Below, piece after piece: positions 11,473-22,570 of a DNA stretch of 64,000 nt. The stretch's first letter is position 1, and every line of letters starts with the position of its first letter. The notes under the pieces are model-generated. The model did not search any database, was not told where the DNA came from, and saw only the letters and a list, made by a program, of their open reading frames with translations. The DNA is from Macrostomum lignano (Eukaryota), in contig NIVC01002154.1 in NCBI GenBank assembly GCA_002269645.1, forward strand, positions 1-64,000. Direction: 5' to 3'. Position numbers and translations under genes: made by a program.

Positions 11473-14400
11473 TCACGACACAACTTTAAAGCTTGTCCGC
11501 ACCCTGCAGTCGGCGCAACTCTCGTCGAAATAGTCGCCAACCAGCAGCCCATAGTTGCCGGGCAGCTGGCGCATGAGGCCGGCGCTGCCGTCCCACAGCT
11601 GCATGTCCCTGGCCAGGACGCTGAGGCTCACTGTCGATGCCGAGGAGCCGCTTTGCAGCCGGAATTTGCGAAAGCTGGCCAACCAGATGGTTGGATTTCT
11701 TCCCACGCCAGTCGGCGGGGTCAGGTACGCTTTGAGCACAATCGGGCACTCGGAGATGCCGCTAGTCGAAGCGTTGGCGGCTACCCGCAGGCTGAGGTGG
11801 AGGTCTTGGCCAGCCGAGATGCTCGCGGGAGCCGTCAGGTGGGTCAGCGAGAAGCGGCAGTAGGACAGGCCCTGTGGGGCATCGGTTTGAGCCAAGTTGA
11901 GCACAGATGATGCAGTCCCGCTAGGACCCACCAAACGCAAGGGACATATTCGTTGAATTCCTACTGAGTTTCATCCCAATTTGAGTTTCTAATCGATTAT
12001 TACCGGCGTAACTACGAGTTTCATCGCTTGTCTACGAGTACTCGTAGGAGACAGCCCGTTCCACTGACTAGGATCAGGCAGTGCAGAGCGCACACTGCGT
12101 CTTGTTGGTCCCCACGAGCGAGGATCGCGCAGTACCCAGGGATCGCGCGCAGGAACTCTGGAGCTCTGGTTTTAATCAAGCTCTGATTTACTGAGATACA
12201 AAAGCGCTCTTAGCATTGGCAGCACTGTTTGGTTGAAGAACTTGGTAATTGAGTGTGTTATGCTAAGACTGGCATCTTCTCAGACTGTTTTCTTAAGACT
12301 TCTCAAGACAAAAATCACCCATATTATCGGTGTTTCCTGTCGAATTCTACAAGAAGTTATCATTGTAGTTGGTTTGATCTTGGGACTTGACTTTGGATCC
12401 GCTTCCGGAGATTAAAGTTGCGGCCCAAAGTTTCGAACAAAGCTTCGGCTTTCTGCTCGCAACAGATCCCAAACAACAGGGATCCCAGTCGGAGCTCACC
12501 TGGCCAAAGCGGAACAGAGGCGGAGGCGAGCCGGACCAGGGCTCGGAGAAGCGGTAGGTCTGGTTGCGCGCAGCCAGATCGTAGTCGGTGATGCTGGGCA
12601 GCTGGGCGCGCTCCGACGGCCAGGTGAACGGCAGGGCGGCCGATGGCGAGTAGCGCCCGGTCAGCAAGTTGATGAGCGCCTGCCAGTTCAAGAGTGAATC
12701 AGTTGGTATTTGAAGCAACCTCCCCTACTGCAAGTAGGAGTGAGAGCGTTAGGTAATCAGAAATGGTAGAAGACAATCAAACGACCCGCAGCGACAAAAA
12801 CGTATTCATTTTAGATATCAGGTTAAAGGCTTAACGTTTTTTTTCAAAAACTTCTTCTTGAAATCATTTTCAACTTTTGGCTCTTAGAGGCTACAATGGA
12901 AAATAGACACGGCACTAATAACATTATTAAATACCACCATATGCACTGCACACCGTCAACCCCCACACAATCAAAACCCCCACATTCCAAACCTGCACCC
13001 ACGCACCGGTCCGAAGGTCTGCGCGGGATAGCCGCACCAGACCACCGCTCGTACGCTGTCATTGCCAATCGCCTCGTCCAGGCCGACGGGAGCTCCGGAC
13101 ACCACGGCCAGCACAACCGGCCTGCCGCTGGCGGTCAGCAACCGCAGCAGGGCAAGCTGCCCGTCCGGCAGGGTGAGCTGCCGCCGGTCCAGCGCCTCGG
13201 TCTCGATGTCAACGCTGGTGCCAACAACGGCTAACAGAACGTCGCTCTGCGCGATCAGCGAAGACACCGCGGCCGGATCCTGTCGAGTGCAATAGACTCC
13301 GCCGTCTGTGCAGTAGGTCGCGTGACTGAAGGGCGAGATCAGGGCGGCTGCGCTGGGTGGCTGCGATCAGAAATGCCTCTCCATTGAACTCTCTCTGCTC
13401 TCTTTCATCCGCTCTCTTCTCTACGCCGCTCCTTCCATTCGCTCCACTCTCTTCACTCTGTTTCACTTTGTCCAACTTATCCGCTCTTCACACTCTTGTC
13501 TTACGCTTTCTTCTCTCCTCTCTTCCCTGCTCTCGGCTTCAAACTCTACCATCTGCTATATTAGACATCTGCCAACTCATTTTACTACCCTTCCGTCTCC
13601 ACTCCCAAGCGATCACACCTGACTTTATCAGCACCGAATCGCTCCTTGAGCGCCGGCAGCAGCGGCTGCTCAAACTGCGGCATCCGATTCGGCGAGTAGT
13701 CGCCGTAGACCAGCGACATGTCGTCGGACAGCGGGCCGACCACGCCCAGGCGGAGGCCGGGCCGCTTTATCAGGCCGTCGGGCAGAAAGCCGCCGAGGTT
13801 CTTCAGCAGCACCAGCGAGGTCTGGGCGGCCGTCAAGCTGAGCGCCCGGTGAGCGGCGGACTGGATGAACTGGTCGGGCCGAAGGCTGGAGTAGGGGTTC
13901 AGGGCCGGCGGGTCGAACTCACCCAGCCGCAGGCGGGCAAGGAACAGCGGCCAGGCGGCGGCCCGCAGCTCCGCCTCGGATATCCGGCTGGTGTTCAGCG
14001 CTACTGAGAGCTGCTCAAAGACCACGCAGGACTCGTAGGGGCAGGCGGACAGGTCAAGGTTGACGCCTGCTCTCAGGGACCCGATGGCAGAGCTCTGCGG
14101 GCGGGAAGAATTGGTTGGGAGGGTTGGGAGAAAAACGAAGAGGAGAGAGACCCGATGGAAACGGTACCTAGGCCAAGAAGCGTCGCGTCAAAATAGTTTT
14201 AGAGTCGTTGCAGGTAACACAGGTAAAATACGAAGAAAGCGACTCTAGACGACTCCTAAAAGACAATATGTTACGGTACAAGTTGCCAAAAAGTCAATTC
14301 CATGTGTTTTATTGTCTGCAACTCTAGGGAGAGACGCAAGTGAGTCTGGGGCCGCAGAGTCGTATCTGAGGCGTGCTGGAGTTGCTGTAGAGAATCGCTA

Positions 14401-16518
14401 GAGTCACTAGTGAGTTGTTTTCAATGACGTTTTCTTTGGGAGACAGAGAAGGAAGAGAGGGGAGATGAGGAGCCACGGGGAGATAAGAACGGATGATAAG
14501 GGAGATGGTGAAGTTCTCTGCACGATGAATATTAGGAACTCAAGGTCTTCCAATGAGCGAGGCAGCAGTAAAAGTCACCCCAGCGCACCAGGCGGTCCGC
14601 AAAGTATTTGTGGAAGAGGATGGCGAACTCCAGCGCTCCGGCGTCGCTCACAACGTAGCCGGTGAAGTTCCAGCGCTCCCGAAGGACTCCGCGCAGCAGC
14701 TGAGCGTTGGCGCAGGCGGGCACCCCGTTGATGGCGTTGTAGCTGCACATCACGCTGACACTGCCGGCCTCAACGCAGCGCCGGAACTGCGGCAGGAAAG
14801 TCTGCTCCAGATCCTGTTGGCTGACCAGCGCGTTGAAGCCAAAGCGCGACTCCGGATAGCTGTCGGGGCCGTCGTAGGCGGCGAAGTGCTTGCAGCCGGC
14901 GCCTGTGAGCAGGTAGCGGTTAGTGGCGTTGCCCTGCGGGCAGGTGAGCAGAGGACTCGAACTATAAGGTCACTTGTGAGATGAGCTTCTCAAAAAAGTA
15001 GTCACAAAGGTTAAAAGCTTGCACAAGTCCTTTAACTGTCAGGGTTATTGAGACACAGAATTCACGGTCATTGGATCAGAGATTTCAGGGTAATTGGGTC
15101 ACCGAATTCAGGGTCATTGGGTCAGAGAATTCAGGGTCATTGGGTCAGAGAATTCAGGGTCATTGGATGAAGGAATCCCGGGTCAATGGATCACAATGTT
15201 GCCAGAGCCAACCTGCAGTCCTCCAACGTAGGCGGCCCCCAGCACACCGCTCAGGTGAGGATCTTCCCCGTAGGTCTCCTGGTTGCGGCCCCACAGTGGG
15301 TGCCGCAGGATATTAATCACCGGAGCGAAGCACGTGAGCCCTGTGTGATCGCCGTAGTCGCCCTTGGCGACGAAGTCGTTGTGCTTGGCGCGAACCTCCA
15401 GGCCGGTGGCGCGGCCAACTTGGCTGAGAATGTCCGGATCGAAGGTGGCGGCCAAGCCGACCGCCTGGGGGAAGGAGGTGGCCTGGCCGGACTTGACGGC
15501 GCCGCGCAGGCACTCAGTGTTCCACTGGTACGGCCCGATGCCAAGGCGGGCGATGGCGGGCGCCGGGCCACCAAACGGGCCGACGCCGCCCTTGGCCAGC
15601 TGCTGCACCAGCTCCTGCGGGCAGTGGGGGCTTGCCGGTTTGTTTTCAAGATTTTTTGCGAACATTGTGGGGGCGTTTATGCAACTTTTGGGTCATTGAT
15701 GCCAAAATGTGATTGATGGGCATCAGCACAAGTTACCGGCCGATATTTTGGTTGGGTTGCATCCATATATTTTAGAGGTTTTTTTATGCGGACATCTACC
15801 TGACGCTTTATGTGAACGATTTCAACGTCTTCATCCAGCCATTTTCGGGGATGTTTATGCGGATTTTTGTGAACGATTTAAGGGTGTTTATGTGACTCTT
15901 TTTTACATCCTATGAACCTATTTTCAAGAGTAATTGGGCAGAAGATTTCTAGGGTGATTACAGATTGGCCGGATGTTTTTATATAATAATAATAATTGAC
16001 TACACCTGCCCCAATGCGCAGATGTGCAACCGACAGCTCAGCCGCAGCTATTGTGCTGCGCATCTGAAGGCTGCGTACGGCTGTTCAGTCCCAAGGACTG
16101 GAGGGTCGCCACACACACCCTCAATTACCCTAGTTAATGCTGGTACTCATTTCACAACTGGTTTGACTGAAGCAATGCAGAGTTAAGTGTCTTGCTCAAG
16201 GACACAAATTGTTCAGAGTGGGTCGAGAATCGAACCCCCGACCTTTCAGTCGCTTCAACTCCCTCCGAATGCTTGAACTAAAAACTGTGGATGTTGAATT
16301 CAAGAACGCAATGTTTTTACGATGCAAAAACAGGCGAAAACTGGGGCAGGCTTTCCTGGCTCGGCATTGCCCGCCTTCCCCCTCACCTGAGCAGTCAGGC
16401 GGCCAACCAGATCGTCGGCCCGGTCCGGCCACGGGAGGCTGACATTGCGAAACGGGAAGTCTTCATCAGCCTGGCAGGCCGCCGCCAAGCTCAGTAGCAG
16501 GAGCAGCAATCGAAGCAT
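11473..16518 (-). CDS. Secreted glycoside hydrolase family 3 beta-xylosidase/beta-glucosidase-like protein, 7 exons, ~750 aa
   Basis: Exons 16518-16387, 15614-15213, 14933-14589, 14094-13619, 13325-13007, 12679-12500, 11871-11473; all GT-AG and phase-consistent (2253 nt). Signal peptide MLRLLLLLLSLAAACQA; GH3 motifs WGRNQETYGEDP, CKHFAAY, MCSYNAINGVPAC and GYVVSD (nucleophile Asp); C-terminal Fn3-like domain. Confidence 0.93.
15063..15190. repeat. 23-bp minisatellite (~5 copies) in GH3 intron 2
   Basis: Unit cagggtcattgggtcagagaatt. Confidence 0.85.
15980..16290 (-). mobile_element. tRNA-derived SINE with CORE-like central domain, in GH3 intron 1
   Basis: The minus strand has a B-box GGTTCGATTC (16227-16236), then gtgtccttgagcaagacacttaactctg...tgtgaaatgagtacc, which resembles the MIR/CORE-SINE core, and a (TAT)n tail near 15983-15996. 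Confidence 0.6.
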
Positions 16519-17107
16519 CTCTGTCTGCTTGACGTTGGCTCAGCGTTTATTTTACCTGGAAAACAAAATTGAAACTAAATTAGCGCAGGTGGTCTCATAG
16601 GCAGATCGTTTATCTTTTTTACACGTAGCGCGATCGCTCGTACAGATGATACTGCAGTGCAAAGGGCGGCAAGGCGATCGACTGCACACTGTGGGGTAGA
16701 GCTGTGCTGCGCATTGCCCAGGGGCAGTATTGACTCGAAAGCCTGAGAGAGATACGATATTCGCTATAGCTGGGGCATGGACAGCTAACGCTGCACTGGC
16801 AAATCGTGACAATTTTTGCTGGAGGCTGCAGGTTTTCGCTGCAAAATGCATTGGCGAGTAGGGAATTTTTGTTTTTACAAGTATAGCACTAAATTCTAAA
16901 CTGCAAAGAACTGACGAGTGAGTAGTAAAAAATAATTATTTGGACAGCAAACTTCCTCTTCGGTTTTGGAGATTATCACCATTTTTATAGTCTATGACCG
17001 AGACGGTGACAAGGTTAATCGTGGCGTGCTCAGCCCAACCCATGGCAGTGACTTGAGGCTGCCTGAGCTGCCGCAATAATTTGCCTTCGCAAGCCGCGTT
17101 GGCCAGC

Positions 17108-18178
17108 ATGAAGCTGGACTACTACGACATCTTGGGGCTGTCGAGAGCCGCAAAGGCCAACGAAATCACCGAGGCTTACAAACAGCTCGCTGAGCAGTGA
17201 GTAATTTGCTAGCGTTAAATAATCAGACTTAAACGCCAAATCGAAATATTGAGGCCTGAAGCAAGTCCAGAGGCTTGGGCAGGTATTAGACATGTATTCT
17301 TACTCGTACCTCTTGAGACTAGGACAGGTGTTAGAAACATAATCACTCATACCTCAATCAGCATGATTCAGCAAAGCTTCTGTGCCCGCAAACCGGTCTC
17401 CAGGTGGCACCCGGCCAACAATCCGGGCTACGAAGCCCGGGCAGAGAAGCGCTTTCGCAGGATTAGCGAGGCCTATCAAATCCTCTCGGACCACAAGCGC
17501 AGGTATCACTACAAAAAGGCGCTGAAGAAGGCGGCCAAGCCCTTTGTGAAAAAGCCCGGTTCCTCCATGCAGTTACTCAACGAGGAATGCGCCGGCCCAG
17601 TACAAGTTGAGAAGGCCAGAAGCGAAAGTAGCAGCAGCCTGAGCAGCGTACTGTCTGAGAGCGGGTCGAAAGCGGCAGAGGAGCCGGTGGTCCTGGGTCA
17701 CAAGTACGCGCACGCGCAGCCCAAGGGACTGCCGGACGAGACGGCCCTGGGCAAAAACCTCATGATTCAGCAGGTGGGGGGAAACACCGTCACGTGCTTC
17801 CCCGAGACGCTGCTGTCGCTACGCAACCCGTACCGCGTCTACAACGAGGTGGTTGGCGGCGCGAAGCCCAACAAGAGTCCGTGGACCTACTGCGAGCAGC
17901 TGGTGGAGTGGCACATTGCCTCCATGGCCAAGCTCACCGACGTCCTTGACGTATTCGGCAACAAGACGGTGATCACCACGATTGACTACACCGATGGCAT
18001 GAAGAACATCAAGGTGAAGCGGAACGGCAAGCTGGTGCAGAACTTCAGCGTCAGCGTGAAGCCGGAGGACTGGCAGGAGGAGGAGCGGGAGACGAAGCGC
18101 GGGGCCGGGCACATCATCATCATTGATGAGGCGCCTGACCCGCCGCCAGGCATGCGGCGGCTGCCCAGAGACCCGTGA
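17108..18178 (+). CDS. DNAJB6/B2-like J-domain protein, copy 1 (HPD replaced by HPA), 287 aa
   Basis: Exons 17108-17196 and 17404-18178 (phase 2). MKLDYYDILGLSRAAKANEITEAYKQLAEQWHPANNPGYEARAEKRFRRISEAYQILSD; later LRNPYRVYNEV and a C-terminal beta-type segment ending NGK. Confidence 0.88.
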
Positions 18179-18900
18179 CGACCGAATCTCACGGCCTATA
18201 CACTTCTAATCATAATTTTCTGTTATTATTTAAATGGAAGATATTACGATATTTGGATTTTGCTTTCTTGAGGCATCATTTTAAGACCGGGCATTTTATA
18301 CCTTTTGGTTTTTCTGAGCTTTACTCTTTCCGAGACTGCCAGGTGTACACGGAATATCGCCGTAAAAGGGACTCAATAATATCAAGGGCACAGCTCCAAA
18401 GACAGCTCGAAATCTACGAGAATAGAAGTTGAAAGTGCATCAAATGAGATAGGAGAGTTATGATCTTTCAGTTTTATTCAATAAATTGACCACTCCACAC
18501 CTGGACTTTTCGGATAAACATTTGAACCCATTACGCTCATATAATCTGCATCAGCTAATTAAACAAATACTATAACTACATTTTATGAGTATATTGGAAG
18601 TTCAGGTGAGAAAATCATTTTCTGCGATTCTGTATTCAAGGTACTTAAAGGCCAATGGTTAGCAGAATCGGCTTTCCATTCCAGGTTTTTAATTCTAGAA
18701 GCCCGTGGATCAAGACGATTATTTTCTGTCTTGGCGAGGAAGTGAAGATGTTTGACAAATAAGACCACAGACTATTCGAGTTCGGTCACGGGTGAAGTAG
18801 CTAAGGCCATCTTTAAGTAGAGCTGATGAAGTACTTAACAGCTCAAGACGGGTGGCCCTTGCAGCGAACTTGAGATTTGTTTCGGAGAAAGCAGGCCACA

Positions 18901-21041
18901 ATGAAGTTGGACTACTATCAAGTTCTGGAGCTGCAGCAAACTTCCGACCCGAAGATAATCAAAGATGCTTACCTGCGATTGGCCACTAAGTGAGTCGCAA
19001 GGACAAATAATTGAAATTGGAGCGTTCTTGATCGAGATTGATAACTGACCAGAATGTCCGATCAAGAGTGCGTTGAGCTGACCAGAATGTCCGGTGAAGA
19101 GTGCGTTGAGCTGACCAGAATGTCCGGTGAAGAGTGCGTTGAGCTGACCAGAATGTCCGGTGAAGAGTGAGTTGAGCTGATCAGAATGTCCGGTGAAGAG
19201 TGAGTTGAGCTGATCAGAATGTCCGGTGAAGAGTGCGTTGAGCTGACCAGAATGTCCGGTGAAGAGTGCGTTGAGCTGAGCAGAATGTCCGGTGAAGAGT
19301 GCGTTGAGCTGACCAGAATGTCCGGTGAAGAGTGCGTTGAGCTGACCAGAATGTCCGGTGAAGAGTGCGTTGAGCTGACCAGAATGTCCGGTGAAGAGTG
19401 AGTTGAGCTGAGCAGAATGTCCGGTGAAGAGTGAGTTGAGCTGACCAGAATGTCTGATGAAGAGTGAGTTGAGCTGACCAGAATGTCCGGTGAAGAGTGC
19501 GTTGAGCTGACCAGAATGTCTGATGAAGAGTGAGTTGAGCTGACCAGAATGTCCGGTGAAGAGTGCGTTGAGCTGACCAGAATGCCTTATTACTCGTAGT
19601 TTGCAGTGGCTTTGGTACTGCAAAAATTGTGACAACAGTCTATCCACAGCCGGCGAGGATCCAAGCAGTCATGCCTGTTCCACTGATGCACTCTCGCAAA
19701 CGAATACGAGGCTTATGCATGCAGGCACACGTTCACACAGGTTGTATAGCGACTCCGGTTCTCATTGTCAGGCATGTATGCCTCAGGGGCTAGGGCTAAC
19801 CGCAGAGCTATTCTGCTCTCCTCCAAAAACTGCAATGCTAGGAGTCAAATTTCACGAGTGTTTTGTAGCGACCAGATAGTCCAATTAGGGGTCTGTGACT
19901 GTGACTCACTGACTAACTAAACTAACAAATTGTGATTAATAACAAACAAACAGTCAGTTGTGGAAATTTAAATATTTCATTCATGCGAAATCGCGAATAC
20001 AAGTTGCAGATTCGGTGTTATTATGCTACTGTCAATAGTGTTCAACTAATGTACGCCGTATTCAATCGTCGCTTTTATTCCTCAATGCGTAAATTCTTCT
20101 ATTCAATCTCGATCTCAAGCAGCACCTGTACACCAGAAATCAATTTGCGTTTCAACCCTGATTATCAGCTTCCCATTGCCTCACTCCGACCAAATCACTC
20201 CCTTGCCAATCTGACACCAAGGTGGCACCCGGAGAACAACCCGGACAACAAGGCGGAGTCTGAGCGGCACTTCTTCCGCATCAGCGAGGCCTTCCAGATT
20301 CTGTACTGCAACGAAAAACGCAAACGCTACCTGCAGTGCCTTTTGAAGTCTAACGCACAGGACCTCGAAAAGAACGACGTTAAATCCAAGGAGTCGCGAG
20401 TCAAGCAGGAATCCACCATGGAACTGGACCAGTTAACCGAGGAATTCGAGACGGCACTCAGGAAGAACTTCCTCAGCGAGAAGTCGGAGAGCGGAGAGGC
20501 GCTCTCTTTCCCGTCCAACCTAATCTCTCTGCGGGATCCGTACAAAGTGCACGTCGAGGCCGTCTGCAACTCGCCGTCTGACCTCAGCGACCGGGCCTTC
20601 TGCGAGCAGCTGGTGCAGCGGCACATCGCCAAGGGCACCCGTCACACCAAGAATGTGGACCCGTTCGGCAACAAGATTGAAATTACCACCGTGCAGTCAA
20701 CTGGCGGTGAGATGACCCTTAATGTAACCCGCAACGGCAAGGAGGTGGACATGAGAATCAAGGGGCTGACCACCAAGTTGACCAACGTCTCCAAGGCAAT
20801 GACAGTCTCGGTTGGTCCCATATCGCAGCGCGGTGGTGGTCCCAGCTCACAGCATGGTGGTCCCAGCTCGCATCATGGTGGTCCCAGCTCGCACCACGGT
20901 GGTCCCAGCTCGCACCACGGTGGTCCCAGCTCGCACCATGGTGGTCCCAGCTCGCACCACGGTGGTCCCAGCTCGCACCGCGGTGGTTCGCACAAAACAA
21001 CATCCGTGTTGACAACAAAAAGTACCAAGACTAACAAGTGA
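18901..21041 (+). CDS. DNAJB6/B2-like J-domain protein, copy 2 (HPE), 302 aa, with GGPSSHH tail
   Basis: Exons 18901-18989 and 20222-21041 (phase 2). MKLDYYQVLELQQTSDPKIIKDAYLRLATKWHPENNPDNKAESERHFFRISEAFQIL. Confidence 0.88.
19044..19586. repeat. 33-bp minisatellite (~16 copies) in the intron of J-copy 2
   Basis: Unit gagtgcgttgagctgaccagaatgtccggtgaa. Confidence 0.95.
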
Positions 21042-21492
21042 ATGGTGGAGGACAGCCAAAAGTTATAAAGGATTTGGAACTGGAAGATAAGAGAGCAAAG
21101 TCTGCTTACGACGAGTGCTTTTGATCGGTGCACTCTCATTTTCTAACTCTCACTCGACCTGCAAACCAAATTTCCGGACACCGAACCTCTGTTATTAAAA
21201 GCGTTTTAAAAAGAATAATTCATTTCAATTCACTGAGCTTCAGTAGCATTGAAGATTTTTTTGTTTATAAGGTCAACCCAAGACATTTTAGTTCAAAAAA
21301 ATATACAGATCTTGATTTTGCACTAAACCAACAATCCTTTTCAACACTCGCTACGACACCTTACGACATGTGCTAATTAAAGTATTTTAGCTCGCGCAAG
21401 CGTAGTCTATGGCACAACCGTATTTGCGTGCATATTCTGGAAAGCACACAAGTGATGCTAATTAGAATAGTAAGATTAGCAAAGACGAAACC

Positions 21493-22340
21493 ATGTCCAA
21501 CCCCGAGGACTTTTACGCCATTCTGGAGGTGCCTCCATCGGCCACGGCCAGGAGATTAAGGAGGCGTACAAGCGACTGGCACTAAGGTGAGATTTTACCA
21601 AAGATACCAAAGAGATACCTCATACCAAAGAGAAGTAAAGATGACATTGTGAATGCTAGATGTCAGTAAAGTGCGTGATGTCTAGTGATGTCAGTAAATG
21701 ACAAAAGGCGAAGTACCTGTAAGAATGTCAGCAGGGTGTATGAAAGGCTCGTAATTAAGACTCGAGAAATGTATCAATTAAGTGCCAGCAAAGCACCAGA
21801 AAAAGATGAGTTCAGCAAGATGCGCTGAAAAGGCGGAAAACGGTCATTGCCAACCCTAACTCACCCGCGCACTGCACTTCGCACCACTGCTCCAGGTGGC
21901 ACCCGGACAAGAACCCGAACAACCGACCGGAGGCCGAGCTGCGATTCCGCAAGCTGTCCGAGGCCTACCAAGTGCTGTCGGACCCGAGCCGCCGGGCGGA
22001 CTATGACCGCACTCGCCGCAGCTCCCACGGTCCGCGGCCGGGTGGCGGCAGCTTCAGGTGGAGCAGCACGACAGCCGAGCAGCTGCACCGGAACCTCTGG
22101 AGCGCCTTCCGCGACCCGTTCTTCGTCTATAACGAAGTGTTCAGCAGTGCCGGCGTCGGCAACGATGGAATTGTCGGGCAGTTCAGCGCGGTCAGCGAGA
22201 CGACCACGGAAGACGGGCAGGGCAACCGGACGGTCGTCAGAACGACAGTCGAGAACGGGGTAAAGGTGACGACGGTGTTCAAAAACGGCGAGCAGACGGA
22301 GCAGACCACCACGGCTCTGAACCAGCTGGCTCGGCGCTGA
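21493..22340 (+). CDS. DNAJB6/B2-like J-domain protein, copy 3 (canonical HPD) with an apparent 1-nt frameshift in exon 1
   Basis: Exons 21493-21586 and 21896-22340. [18 protein letters not shown] / [50 protein letters not shown], with [12 protein letters not shown]. As written, the ATG frame stops at 21583-21585; adding one base near 21547-21550 gives 179 aa. Confidence 0.8.
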
Positions 22341-22570
22341 GCTGAAATCAAATCATCAAGTATCAACTGACTACTGGAAGTAGCCTGAGCAGCGTTTCTG
22401 TAAACTTTTACCAATTTCATTTAATAAAAAATAGCCTTCGTTTTGCATTCAAAACTGCCGATTTGAATAAGAAAACCAAAATGCACTCTATGGCAAGAAT
22501 TCGATCCCGAGTCCGTATATAGATTTGAGACAAAATCTGGAAACTGATCCGCGCTCTGACGGCAAGATTC

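Noticed and set aside
16227-16290. tRNA gene
   Set aside because: A B-box is present but no cloverleaf could be built; it is better explained as a SINE head.
11473-16518. Bacterial contamination or recent horizontal transfer of the GH3 gene
   Set aside because: It has six canonical introns, an intronic SINE and host-like codon usage.
18835-19647. 270-aa GHSGQLNALFT repeat ORF on the minus strand
   Set aside because: Open only because the 33-bp unit lacks stops; it lies antisense within the intron of J-copy 2.
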